DNA of 52,358 bases, the filler included, from Bipalium vagum (Eukaryota): assembly GCA_037834085.1 (NCBI GenBank). It is 3 parts of 3 records of this genome, joined end to end, with 100 filler letters (N's around TTAATTAATTAA, not from the genome) between each part and the next. Parts side by side here need not be neighbours in the genome. Positions count along the whole stretch, not along the records: positions 20,330 to 36,110 come from JBBMKC010146130.1; positions 36,211 to 52,358 come from JBBMKC010124975.1; 1 more part is not named here. One strand, given 5' to 3'. The translations under genes were made by a program, and so were the position numbers. Positions 26,875-39,899 of the stretch are shown here, piece after piece (the first letter of the stretch is position 1; each line of letters starts with the position of its first letter). The notes beneath the pieces were generated by a model. It saw only the letters and a list, made by a program, of their open reading frames with translations, was not told the DNA's origin and ran no database searches.

Positions 26875-27190
26875 TTAAGTTGGTGCAAAATTAAAGTCCT
26901 TTAATAACCTTGTAGTTAAGACGTCATAACTCAGCTAAAAATAAACTTTCATAATCAAAATAAAATCCCCGAGATGCATCGAATTTCTGCCAACGATTAA
27001 CAAAATTATTGATTTCGGATGAATAAAAGTCTTTTATGTAGATCACGAATTTATCTTTTGTCATTTTGGCATTGGTTATGTTCTTAAAGCACCAGTTATA
27101 AAGGACGTTGTCCAGTGGCTTAAAAAAGAAAATCTGTTGACAACAGGTCTGTAAGTGAGTTAAAAAGTACCTCAAATCATTACATTTTTG
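26875..27190 (-). mobile_element. mariner 3' end fragment
   Basis: TA|TTAAGTTGGTGCAAAA TIR; C-terminus FYSSEINNFVNRWQKFDASRGFYFD. Confidence 0.75.
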
Positions 27191-28183
27191 CAAATTAAGA
27201 AAATGTAATTTTTATATTTCATTTGAAATAATGAGGATAGAATTAATTTAAAAAATGAATTTTTTAAAAAGTTTTTTGAAAACTATTTTAATTTTTGCTT
27301 ATGTTTTTAAAAATAATAATTGAACTATTTTTGATAATTTTCTAAAAATCCAATATATTATTACAAGTTATATTAACAGAGCAGACTTTAAATATGTTAT
27401 AAACACACAAAATTAACAGGCGCCTTTTAAACAGAAGATATCTTATAATAGAAGAAACACGGTACCTATTGAAATATATTTGGGTGTATTATTATATAAT
27501 AATTATTATATTATTATTATATAATAATTAGATTTTCTGGTGCATTTATAACAACATTAATGTAAGACATTTTTCTTTAAAATTCATATTTTTAAAAAAA
27601 ATTACAAAACGCAAAACACAGAGAAAAATTAATATTACTCTTTGAATTACTTTTTAAATGTTTGTTAAACCAAGATTTTTTTCTACTATAAATTATTGCA
27701 GACACAATTATCTTTTAATTAAAAATAGTGTTTATCTAAATACTGTAAATAACGACTGCAGAAATGTTTGTTTTATTTTATGAGAATTAAGATTAGGGAA
27801 AAAGAAATAAATAAATTAATTTGTCAGTATTTGTCAACTTAAATAAACAAATTTATACTGATAACAGAATGAGGGCTGATTTAATAAAAGACTAAATAAT
27901 ATAAAAATATAAAAGGATACATACAGATCGAAAAAAAAAACTAATTTTGAAGTCAATAAATAAATAATATTAAAAATTAATAATTTTTTGATCGATAAAA
28001 TTAAAAAAAACATTAAAAATCGAATAATATCTATTTGAAATACATACACTTTAAATTCTAACTGAGCTATTCACAAATAATAAAGAATAATAACAATAAT
28101 AAAAATAATAATATTAATAAATAATTACAAAAATCTAAATTTGTAAATGAATTAGGAAACTATAAAACAAAGTATGTACAGAA

Positions 28184-29778
28184 TTAAATCTCACTGTGTG
28201 AAATTTCATAATTCATATCATCTCCAAACTTATTACTTTTTGTTCTCGAAGATTTTTTACATCTTTCTTTCGCACAAGGCTTTTCATGATGAATCTTTTC
28301 CTCTCTTTTCTTTTTATTTGCTTTCAGATTTACGGATTCGATACCATTTGAAAAATACTTTGTTCTGAAAATAATATCCGGCTCAATCTCTCTAGTGTTA
28401 TAATAACTAAAAGTATTCATATTTTCTCTTGAATGACTGTCCAGACTGTTGGGAGCGGCCTGCTTGACAATAACACCAATGTCATCATGTTTGATTATTT
28501 GCTTTCTTTTTATCATTTGCTTGTGAACATTAGATTGAGAAGATGATTTCTTTGCTTCAGGATAATACTTTTTGTATGGCTTTTCATGAGAAATAGACTT
28601 GTCCAAGTTGCTAGCTGATATTTCAAATAGACTTGAATGATAAGGTCGGTCAGTTTTTTTCAAGTAAGTTTGAAATTTGGAAGATGGAGTATCCACAAGA
28701 ACAGCGATATCATCTACTGATATTTCATCAACATTTTCAGAATAGTACTGTGACTGTATATGATTATAGCTCTGGCATCCAAGGTTATGCTTGACCTTCA
28801 CAAGAGCAGATTTTTTGCCTTTTTCAGTTGGCAGAGTATAGGTTCGGATTTGGTTGTCAATATCATATAAATACTTTGAATTTCGAGGAGAAGATAACTG
28901 AGTTGAAAAAGTTGTAGTAGAATCAAAACTGGCTTCCCTTTGTAAAGATTTTGTTCTTTTTAAAAATGTATTGTTATCGAGAGACTGGTTGATTTCATTT
29001 TCTCTAACGGAATAGAAATTAGATAATTCATTTGTTGGAGCGTCATAGGGTTTCGGTGTTGTATTTTGTATGAGCGAATTGCCAAGACATTTGGGACTAG
29101 ATGTCGGTGACTTAGACATTGAAGAAAGGAAATTTTCTTTAGATAAAGTTGAACTGTGAGTACAATTTTTACGTTTCCACACGGAATCGTTATCAGAATT
29201 GATATTCATCTTTTGACTAATATATGATTTATCACATATTTTACTACTGGATTCTTCAGAAAATATTCCGTTACTATTGTCCTCATCAAGGAGTGGAGAC
29301 GTTTTCTTTTCTAACAGCAATAATGGATTGAACGGGGAAACTTTATTAAGGGGTTCAGTAACCTCTTGGAAAAAGTTTGATTCATTAGTCTCTTCAATTG
29401 ATTTCAAGTATTCTATTAACGTGTAAAATAGATGCCAATCTCCAAAGGACATTCCTAACTCTTTTCGTAATTCTTTAGGATCACAAGTTGCCAAAACCAA
29501 ACCATTTGCATTAATTTCTTTTATTTTCTCTTGATATTTGCTAACATTTTCTCGGGATATCTCGTCTATCTGAGAAATCATCCAGACAACATTGTCAAGG
29601 CTAATTTCACTTAGTATAAGGGAGGAAAATAGTTCTTTGATGTTTTGAATGCATTTTCGAACGTTTTTGGGCGTTTTAACAGTCTTGACAGATTCTATGG
29701 TAGAATCTTTGGCCATAATAGTTGGAAATACCGTACAATTGTTAGACTTCGAAGAATAACTTCTATCGGAATAACCAT
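28184..29778 (-). CDS. KIDINS220: Kidins220/ARMS-like terminal exon (SAM domain, long Ser-rich tail, PDZ-type C-terminus)
   Basis: IKEINANGLVLATCDPKELRKELGMSFGDWHLF matches the Kidins220 SAM signature (IKKANINGRVL..C..ELKKEM.MNFGDWHLF, recalled). Frame is open up to the acceptor tttttattag|AT at 29778; ends -SEI. Confidence 0.82.
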
Positions 29779-30499
29779 CTAATAAAAAGACATAATATTA
29801 TTTATTTTTTATTAATTATTTATAAAATATTAAAAAATTAAAATCATTTTCGTCAGAAAGAAAAATAACAAGAACGAGGATTTACTTTATTTTGACAAAA
29901 ATATTTAAAAAGAAAATGGTTGTAAAAGCAAAATATTAAATAGTCTGAAAAGTCTTTTCTTTATTTCGTATAGCCTTAAATAAGAAAAACATAGATGTAT
30001 GTTTCTTTTAATACTCAAACTTTTCTCAAACGAATTATTTCGGACGGTAAAAGAATGAATTTTATATAATAATGTCCACCGCAGAGGATCTTGGGGAAAA
30101 CGTAGTGAATACTCACAAATCAACAGTGAAGAAATTTCATCAAAAAGATATTGCTGTGTATTTGGTTGGAATGGAAAGGAATCATATATTATGAATTGAT
30201 TGATTCAAGCCTATGTTTACATTAAATCCAATATGTCTTAAGTAATTTCTACAAACTTCAAATACATTCTTATTTTTTATAGTTTTACCTAGAGGAAATG
30301 ATTTAAAGTGATTCAATATGTGAGGCTGAGTTTCTACGTGTATATTTTCTGCATTGTAATGGGAGCTTAGCTTTAATTCTATTTGGTTTATAGTATAATG
30401 GAAGATTATTTGTCCTGGCTTTAATGAGAAAGCGTCATTGTTTATCATTTAAGTCTATATTGGTAATTATTTTATTTTATTTTAGAATTAAGGTAAAAT

Positions 30500-30978
30500 T
30501 TCTAGTATGTACTGCACCAAGCTCGATAATTTGAAGGCTGCTATCGAAGTATAGCGACAGGAATTGAGGAATAAATATGTTGTAATCTTTCAACAGTATA
30601 ACTCGAGACCATAGGTTTCTCTACAGACCACATAAAAGTTATTGCAATTTGGCTGGGATGTTTTGTCTCACCCTTCTTACTCACCTGATTACTCACTGAT
30701 ACGAACCATTAAATTTTTATTTATTCCAATCCTTACAGAATTCTCTTTATGGAATTAGATGATTTATATTCCTTAGATGATTTCCAAAACCACCTAGAAG
30801 AGTTTATCGATCTAAAACCAGAGAAATTCTGGAAGGATGAGATTTTAAAATTACTTTACAGATAGCGAAAAGATGTTGATTTAAATGGTGATTATATTTT
30901 TGAATAACATTTTTTGTAGTAATAAAAAATCAACTTCGAATTTTTCTTAAAAATACGAAAACTTTTTACTCAACCCAA
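30500..30978 (+). mobile_element. mariner 3' half relic
   Basis: LDNLKAAI, QKLLQFGWDVLSHPSYSPD-like motif; TIR ...TACTCAACCCAA|TA. Confidence 0.8.
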
Positions 30979-32070
30979 TAATAAAATTGAAATTAATTTG
31001 TGACATCACGGTTGTAGTGATACAATACAATAACTAAATACTTTCCCCCTTTATTTCCTTATCTATTGAACTAGTGCAGTATGTAAATATGAAAATTATT
31101 ATTGTTGGGAAAAATAATTTTCTGTTTGTCTTTATATTAATCAAAATTTTCCTCATACTGAACGAAATAATGACTTGAGGCATTTTCTTCTTGAAATAAA
31201 AATCGTATATATAATCTCGTTCGATATTATCTCCAGTTTTCATGTCATTATAAATGTCTCCTAAGGCAAAAGCTTTTTGTTAATAAATATATGAAATTCG
31301 TACAATATTATATCTCTCAGTTGAATGGAATCTAAATATGAAAAAGTCCAATTTGTGGATAATATAAATAATATTTTTAAAATATCCTTTTGACCTCGCC
31401 AATTATTAACGAATAAAAATTATATAAAATATTTAATAATTAATCTAGTACGATTGGGACTTTCTCGGTAAAACACAAAAGAATGCTTAAATGTATACGA
31501 GAATTTTATGAAATAAGACTATAATTTTGGTTTAAGATGTGATCTGGAAGACTTCGGAATAAGTCCCTGTAGGTTTTGAGGTCTAGTTGATATCTTGAAT
31601 TGCTAGACATAGGGTACTTTAATATTTTATAATTATTAATAATTTACGATAATAATCTTTTTTCTCTCGTTTAAACCAACCGATATTTAAAATAATTATT
31701 ATTAATAGGAATGATTTTTCTCGGTTGCCAGGTCGTAATTACTTAAATTCAAATTGATGAAAAATTTTTAATTAATTTGTAGTTTTTATGAAAAAATTTC
31801 CACTTTAAAGAACAAATAAAATAATTAATTATTTTTTGAAATGTACAAATGAGGAAACAGGGGAATTTTGTATAATAAAATGATTTAATTTTGGCGACAA
31901 AATGATTTATATTTAGTCTATGATAGAGAATTCTATTTTCAATAATTTCGTTAATTTTCGAAAAGTATAACATTCCTTACAAATACGTACTGAATATTCG
32001 ATAAGGCAATATATCATATATAAACAGCTACCAGAATAATAAGAAAAAAAAAACTATGATGAGTCCGAAG

Positions 32071-32300
32071 TACATTTGAACCTGCTTAACTTGAACACTA
32101 TTTAACATGAACATTTTTTAATGGAACAAATTAATTTTTTTGTAAATATTGATCTAAATTACTATACATTTTGTATCTTAAACTAGAAAATTGTGTAACT
32201 TTGAACATGAACATTAAGATTTTGAAAATTTTTTGCATTTCTTATAAAAAAATTTAAAAATTGTTGGTTTAACTTGAACATTTAAAAAAAGCAAAAATAT
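32071..32300. mobile_element. pogo/Tigger-type terminus with subterminal repeats
   Basis: TACATTTGAACC end; four AAC(T/A)TGAACA repeats. Confidence 0.5.
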
Positions 32301-33299
32301 CTTAAATTTAAATAGTTTTATCATTTGATGAAAAATACTACAAAAGGGCAACCAGATGACGGTCGACACCAAGAAGGAAATACTTATTAAATATCGTGAG
32401 TCAAGTACTCCACAAAGAAATCTGAGTGAAGAATACGAATGTTCTTTGGGATAAATCAACCAATTGAAATTATTAAGGAAGCCGGCGACATATTGAATTT
32501 AAATAATCTAGTTTAAAAAAGAAACAGAATCTGTACAAAAGTTGATGACCATTTATATAAAAGATTTCAGTTTATAAGACTGAAAATGTTTATCATTACC
32601 GATGATAATAAAGTAATCATAATAAGGACAAAAATAATCTTCCCTGTGGCTGCAATCTTTCATAAGATGGCATCAGATTTAATCCTTTAAACTGACAGTG
32701 GAAGCTGACCTAATAGATACTAATGTAGTAAATGATTTTCTTAACTACTCTTATAATCAGGTTAAATATTCATTGGATGGGGGAAATATTTTCTTGTTTT
32801 ACTAAAACATTGAAAATAAGTATTATATTTAATTAACTGTTAATTAAAAAGAGATGATTGGTTTGAAATGATATTGTGATGCAAGTAAAAATTTTCTTGT
32901 AAAAGTAAGTTGATTTTTCTTAGGTGCTTATGACAACATCAAAAAAGAAAGTTGATATCTTTAAAATTTTATTAAAATAAGAATAAGAATACTAAGCAGG
33001 CTCCAAGAAAAATTATTAAAGTTTATGGAGATGATGATTATTGAGAGTAGTATCATATTGGTTACCAATGTCAATAATGTTCGAACTATATAATAGGTCA
33101 GTTCTACAATTGGCCATTAGAGATTTCTCAAAGGGTAGCAAAAAAGAATTGTTCTGTGTCTGGTGAAATTGAAACTTTTGTCGTACAACAAAACAAATGA
33201 ATCTGATCCGTATTGTGACAAAATAATATGATTGAAGTAAGAGATTGGAAAATTCCAATGAAATCTGATAAGCATGTCAATACAATGTCATATCACAAC

Positions 33300-33814
33300 A
33301 TATCTTTGAAGTCCCGATAAAGTTTGAACGAGTTTAGTTGGGAAGTTATAATGAATCTACCTTACCACCCCGGATCAAAACAGAACCAGATTATTATCTA
33401 TTTAAATCTCTGTGCAACACAGTCCGTGGGTTTTAACCCAAAGCTTCAATTTACCCGGTCAATATCAAATGTACGGTCACGACCTTTGTAATATTCAAAG
33501 GTCTCATAATCTTGGCAAAAATGTTTATGATCATTAACTATTCTTTAGTCAAATAGTTATTTATTTTTGCAAGCCATTTCAGTAGCTCTTTTGCTCAGTT
33601 TGTATTCGTATAAGAAAAATGTTCTAATTTGACTTTATATATTCCGATAAGTCATATAGAAAAATAATAATAATTATTATTAATTAAAAATTATTTATTA
33701 TAAAAAATACATTATGAAATTTAAGCTTTCGAAAGGTACCAAAACAGCAACCTGTACTTTTAAATCTGATAAGTAAGTTAAATAAGCAAAAAATTCTTGT
33801 TTCCACCAGCCTAA
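33300..33814 (-). mobile_element. mariner 5' relic
   Basis: TIR TTAGGCTGGTGGAAAC; KSQIRTFFLYEYK...KRATE N-terminus. Confidence 0.65.
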
Positions 33815-34606
33815 CATTTTCAAGTTACTTTACTCTCATCAATAAAAAGATTGAAGGAACTTTTTATTGTAATTTAATTGTGTAATTTTTATTTATCAAA
33901 ATTACTTTCTTAATTAAAATAATTAAAATAATGTATTTAAATATAACAATTAAATTATATTAATTAATTAATTAATTAGTTTTCAGTTTTCGATCTTTCA
34001 ATTTCATATTTTATTTTAATTTTTTTACTTTAATGAAATGAATAAAAAATAATATTAACTGGAGTTTAATTTTCAATTTAGAGTATATAGTCGACATTGT
34101 CTCTGTTAAATTTTATTTATTATACTTTATAAGGGATAAGCTACATAATAAAAAGAAAATAACTTTAGAATTTTAAAGCAATAAATTAAGCAAAGTATTG
34201 TATAAACATTTAATGTAATCATTAACAGAATTAGTAGGAGGGAGTGCAATGAACAGTTGCTGAGTGAAAATAGAAAATAAAATTATATTCTCATGGAATA
34301 AAAAATAAACTCCTAAGGACAACTGGGGAATCCATATTTAATACCCTTGATAATAAGAAAAATATTTTAAAATGGCTTTTCCATGAGTCCTTGGAGCAAA
34401 AAATGAAAAGTTCGAAGTAATCTCCTATAAGACACGTATAAAACTTTTACAATTTCATTTGAAATGAACTATAATGATTTATATATATTCTGTGGACTTG
34501 AAAATGGAACATCAATTACAGGAAAGGAAATATGTGGTTTATTATCTTATCATTTTATAATCATTGTAATTATTATGTGGTAATATAATTTTTCAAGATT
34601 TTATTA

Positions 34607-35823
34607 CCGGGTTGTCTAAAAAGTTTTACCAGATGAAAAACGTAAGAAAACTAAGACAATCTTCAGAACTTTAATCAAATACATATACGCCATCTTGTTC
34701 GACAATGTCTTGCCATTTCTTTGGTAAAGCTAGAATTCTGTCAGTGTAGAGGTTCTCTAATTTTTCTCTGAAAAACTGAGATAAATAGTTTTTGGTGTAT
34801 TTCTGAATTCACTTTTATACCATCAAGGAAGTTCTGCAGTGAACGAAACAAATGATAGTGCAATATCAGGACTATATAGGGAATGCAACCAAATTTTACA
34901 ACCAGGGTCCTTCCATTTTTTCTGAGTGATCAAAGGCACGTGTCATGGTGAAACACATTGCATTTCCTACTTATCAATTCTAGGCATTTTATTGCAATTG
35001 CCTGCTTTACCCTAGTTAATTGTTGACAGTAGAGAACAGAGTCAAAATTTCGACCTGGTTGTAGTATTTCTTGGTAGATGATTCTTTTGTAATCCCACCA
35101 GATGCAAAGCAGTATCTTCCTTGGCGGCAATTTCGACTTTGCCACGGTTTGTGGGATCTCATCACGTTTTGTCCAAGATTGTTTTCTAACATTGTTCTCG
35201 TATCTGATCTACTTTTCTTTACCTGTAATAAGACCTTTCAAAAATAGTTCTATAGTTTCTTTTCAGCAATGTTTGGTATATTAAAATTCGGTCTATTAAA
35301 ATTTTCTGTGTTAAATCATAATTTTTAAAATCAGCTTTCTTTCAATGATTCAAAACGATTTGATTATGAAAACCAAGGTCTTCTAAGATTTCACGGCTGC
35401 CAATGTGCCTAAATTTCTCCACCTTCTGAATGATTTGATCGAATTTTTGAAATTTTAGCCAGGCAGAATAAAAGTGCGTCTTTGACGTCGAAATTTCTAG
35501 AGCAAAATCTATGGAGCCATTCACACACTATTCTATCACATACAACATCTGTACCATAAATCGCTGCATTTTTTTCTTTAAGGAAATAAAATTTCATAAG
35601 GTATTGAATTTCTTCATTATTTATGTTCATTTCTATATAAATAATACGTATAAATAAATTTTTATTTTTTAATAAAATGCGAAATCTCCTTAAGCAATTT
35701 GAATGGTGTGATTATTAAATTTATATAATTGAAATATTTAAACAAATAAAATATCAATATATATCTGTAGACGTGTTTTGCCACCTATTAACAAAATCGG
35801 CAGAAACGTTTTAGACAACCCAA
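34607..35823 (-). mobile_element. Full-length degenerate mariner (1217 bp)
   Basis: TIRs GGGTTGTCTAAAA at both ends, TA flanks; KILLCIWWDYK, YCQQLTRVKQAI, VFHHD, PYSPDI motifs. Confidence 0.92.
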
Positions 35824-36036
35824 TATTTTATGGTTTTGTTTACGGTATCATAATTAGTAAATAAAAAATACATTTGATGAAAGGTCTTTTTCTAATCTAA
35901 TAAATTTGAGGGTAAAAGTACTGTATTCATGTATGTTGAATTAATATTTTATAAGATATAAAATAAATTGGTATCAAATAATTTACAGAAACCTGTAATA
36001 TAACGATATAATATACAATTAATGTATATTCTGATT

Positions 36037-36054
36037 AATAATAATAATAATAAC

Positions 36055-36110
<56 letters not shown>
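36037..36110. repeat. (AAT)n microsatellite running into the gap
   Basis: Direct reading. Confidence 0.95.
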
Positions 36111-36210
36111 NNNNNNNNNNNNNNNNNNNNNNNNNNNNNNNNNNNNNNNNNNNNTTAATTAATTAANNNNNNNNNNNNNNNNNNNNNNNNNNNNNNNNNN
36201 NNNNNNNNNN
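36111..36210. other. Assembly gap linker
   Basis: 44 N + TTAATTAATTAA + 44 N. Confidence 0.97.
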
Positions 36211-36257
<47 letters not shown>

Positions 36258-36263
36258 TAAAAA

Positions 36264-36300
<37 letters not shown>
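36211..36300. repeat. (TTA)n microsatellite after the gap
   Basis: Direct reading. Confidence 0.95.
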
Positions 36301-36301
<1 letters not shown>

Positions 36302-37547
36302 TAAAATTTTATAGTCAAATATTAAATTTTTTAAGGTGTTATTTTAAATGGTGTCATTAAAAAATATTTCAATTAAAAAACTATCAAATAAAATTGTGAC
36401 AATAATTGGTAAGAGTAAATCACAAAAAATCTTCCGAAAATCTTTCGAAGTTTCCTAAGACTGTTATAAATTTTGGAAAAGGCTACTCGGCGCAAGTAAT
36501 AGATTCACATAAGTAAAAAAAGTATTTAAAAATTAATTATTGTCAGTACTAGAATATAATTTCCAGTTTCTTGAATTTTTCTCATTCTTCCTTTGTTATC
36601 TTTGGAGCATACCTTCTAGAGAACTAGTCGCTTCATTCAAATTATTCACTTCATAAACAATATTCTTAATTATTATTTTAAATTAATTAATTAATGGTTT
36701 TTAATTATTATCAATTATTTATTTTTTGTTATTTTCTTTATTAAACTAAATATTATAAAATCGGATTTGCAGTGTTTAGGCAAATTTTTATTTTTTTAAT
36801 ATAATTTCTATCAGTAATTATATACTTATAAATAAAAATAAAGCCATAGAAATGAAAAGGATGAATATAAATATCCAAAGAAATCGGAAAACAATGATTA
36901 ATAAGGTAATTGAAGATTCAAAAATATTTTAGTGAGCTAAATAGTTAAAGGCATGGGAACAAGTAATAATTTCGTAACAGTAATTTTTCGTAAAGAATCC
37001 ACACTTTTCCGACAACCCCGTATATTACACTATAGTTTTAACTAAGCTGACCTATTTATTTGTTTTAACTAATTATTTTATTTTAAAAATATCTCAATCT
37101 TAAAATTTTATTTATTATTTCTTTTAATGGCTCTTCCCGAAACAATGAGAATTATTTTTCAAAAAATTGATCTTTAAGTATTTCCAAATATAAAATATTT
37201 CAAAATTCTTTTAAATTAAAGTAATATTAAAAAACATTAAATCCTACAGACATTTAAATGACAATAAATTTTCGTTTAATTAATTAAAAATTAAGAGAAA
37301 ATGTCAAAATTGAATAATACTTCTTTTTCCTCAGACATCACTAAGTAGATTAGAAATACTGTTCTATTCAGTTCAATAATTTGGAATGGGTCCTGAAATT
37401 AATAAAATTAATAAATAAAAATTATTCTTTTTAGTGTGAAATTACTTAAGCTAATCAGAAATATATGAATTTATATGATGTAGATTAAAATTTATTTTTA
37501 AAGACAATTATTGTTCTCATATTTAAAATATTTAAATTGGTATAATA

Positions 37548-38822
37548 CTAGGTTGGCCGTACAGTTCCTGCCCTACTTAAGAAAGAACAATGAAATCAAA
37601 CAACGTAATCAACAGGCATTTATTTTAATCAAAATAATACCCTTATGGATAAATACAACGATACAAGCGATTTTCAATTTTTTATGCCTTCTAAAAAGAC
37701 GTTGAAGGAAATCCTCCAAAATACTATTTTGTTTCCTATTTCACTTCCTCATTTAAATTGAATCTCTTGCCGGAAAAAAATCTTTTGAAATTAGGAAATA
37801 AAAATGTCACTGGGTCCCAAATCCGGATGTTTAGATATCAATCCAAAGCATAATTCGTTTAATTTTGCTAGACTAAGAATTGGTTTTAAGAGGATTCATT
37901 GTTAGGATGAAACAGCAAATTTTTCTTCATCAAATGGGGTCGACTTCTCTTGAGTTCATCCTTCAAACAATCAAGCAGCGCTGCATAATAATAAGATCAT
38001 GTGATAGTTTTATCTTTCTCAAGATAGACTATGAGTAATATACCCTTGGCATCCCAGAAAATCGTAGCCATAATCTTACCAGCCTTTGTTGAGTTTTTGG
38101 TCTCTTCGGCACACTTTCTCCAAGTAAAATCCATTGCTTCGATTGTTGAGTAGACTCTGTAGTGTAATAATGAATCGTTGATGTATTAACGCAAAATATC
38201 GTTTGAATTTTTTTAGAACAATGCCAAATTTCTCTCTAAATCATTAACATGTTGCTTCCTTTGATCAATGGTTAATGAGCACGACACCCATTTTTCAATA
38301 ACCTTTTCATGTGTAATTTTTCATGTATTGTACGCTATACACTATCCTTTAAAAGATCCTAACCTCATCAGTCCGTCTTATCTTCACTTTTTGATCTACC
38401 ATTATCATTTTCTGTATTAGTCTGGTATTTTGATCAGTTTTTTCCTTCCATTAGACGACCACTACGACATTCATCTATATTGCATGTGCGATCTCGTTTG
38501 AAATCTGAATATCAATTTTTAATAGTGGGATACAATAGTGCTGCTTGACCATAATGCTTATCCAAACTTTTTTTTGGTTTCCATTGCGTTTTTCCTTTTT
38601 ATAAAATAATTTTTCATTATTATCCTAATTTCGTATTTGTCCATTTTCAAAAATGCAGCTATTAAGAATATTTAATTTGACTGTATAAAACAAAATAGTA
38701 TATCGAAATCAATAAAATTTTATATTCATTAATTAAGAAGATTGTTCTTTAAAATAAGCATATAAATTTTTACTTATTCTTGTTATTGATTATCAAGGCT
38801 AGGAACTTTTCGGACGGTCTAG
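37548..38822 (-). mobile_element. Full-length degenerate mariner (1275 bp)
   Basis: TA|CTAGGTTGGCCG..AGTTCCT and AGGAACT..CGGACGGTCTAG|TA TIRs; MDKYEIRII, AGKIMATIFWDAKG, PDLGPSD motifs. Confidence 0.88.
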
Positions 38823-39241
38823 TATAATAAGATTATTAAATATTAAATGCCAGAAGAAAAAGCTTAGATTTAAATAATGAGTCACAAAATAATTATATTT
38901 ATATGAACTTTTCATCGGAATTAAATATACTGTTTATTATTATTATCATTATTATTATTATTATTATTATTAAATTTAATATGAAAATCTTCTTTTGATC
39001 TCAAAAAATCAAAATAAATCTTAGGTCATCAAAAATTAAATTCTGCGATTTCAATAATATAATAATAATTATATTATAATTATCAAAGTACAGGAATTTT
39101 CGAAAAACCAGATGTTACCCCTTAGACTCAAGATTGACTCAAGATAAGTTTTATAATATGTCAAGGGCTTATTACTTTATCTTGACGGGAAATATTTGAG
39201 TAAAAAGGAAATACTTATTTCTAGATTTTTCATAACTAACG

Positions 39242-39304
39242 CGTAAATTCATTAACTGATGAAGAATTTCTATTAAAGAATATTCGAAATATTTTGATCA
39301 TACG
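39242..39304 (+). ncRNA. Minimal type I hammerhead ribozyme (Penelope-like)
   Basis: Stem I ATTAA/TTGAT (extended by CGTA/TACG), core CTGATGA+A, stem II GAATTTCT-ATTAA-AGAA(T)ATTC, GAAA, palindromic stem III ATAT, NUH = AUU with predicted cleavage after 39293. Confidence 0.68.
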
Positions 39305-39899
39305 AGATAACTGTGTTTAATATCTTGTGATTAAAAGAACATTTTATTTGAAATTTTATTGCCACTTCCGACATTTTTAGTGACTACGAAAAGCAATTGT
39401 GAATTTAAAAATTATTACAGGTCCATTTATTTTGTTCAAGCCACACAACAGTATTATACTTGGGTTCCGATGGACTTGACTGCTGAAGAGTTATGCATAA
39501 AGGCTTTTCAAGTATTTCAACGACTCACTTTATTTCTCGTATCTCTAAGATGTTAGTAGTTATCTCATTTCTTTTTATATACTTTATTTTGAGTGATTAT
39601 GGTGATTTGACTTTATGGTATTTATTTATATGTGATATAAATTTTATATCTATAAATTTATATTATAAAGCTATATTCTAGAGCGATTTTATTGATTAGG
39701 TCGATTCTATATGTCTGTACTATTATTTGTATTGTGATTTTTGTTTCTTGATAAGGATACTTAATAAATAGAGAATTAGTGTTTAGTTTTATTTGGTTAT
39801 TTGAATATGATTTTCTACATATGAATCTCGATTCGAAAATTGACATCATTGGATGTTATTTTGCAAATTCAAATTTTCATTCAACTGAAATTAGGCAAA

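Noticed and set aside
31034-31620. Candidate Kidins220 upstream exons
   Set aside because: Splice phases are inconsistent and no Kidins220 motif is recognisable.
32054-32072. CTATGATGAGTCC resembling a hammerhead 5' half cut by a pogo end
   Set aside because: Core is imperfect and no convincing 3' half was found.
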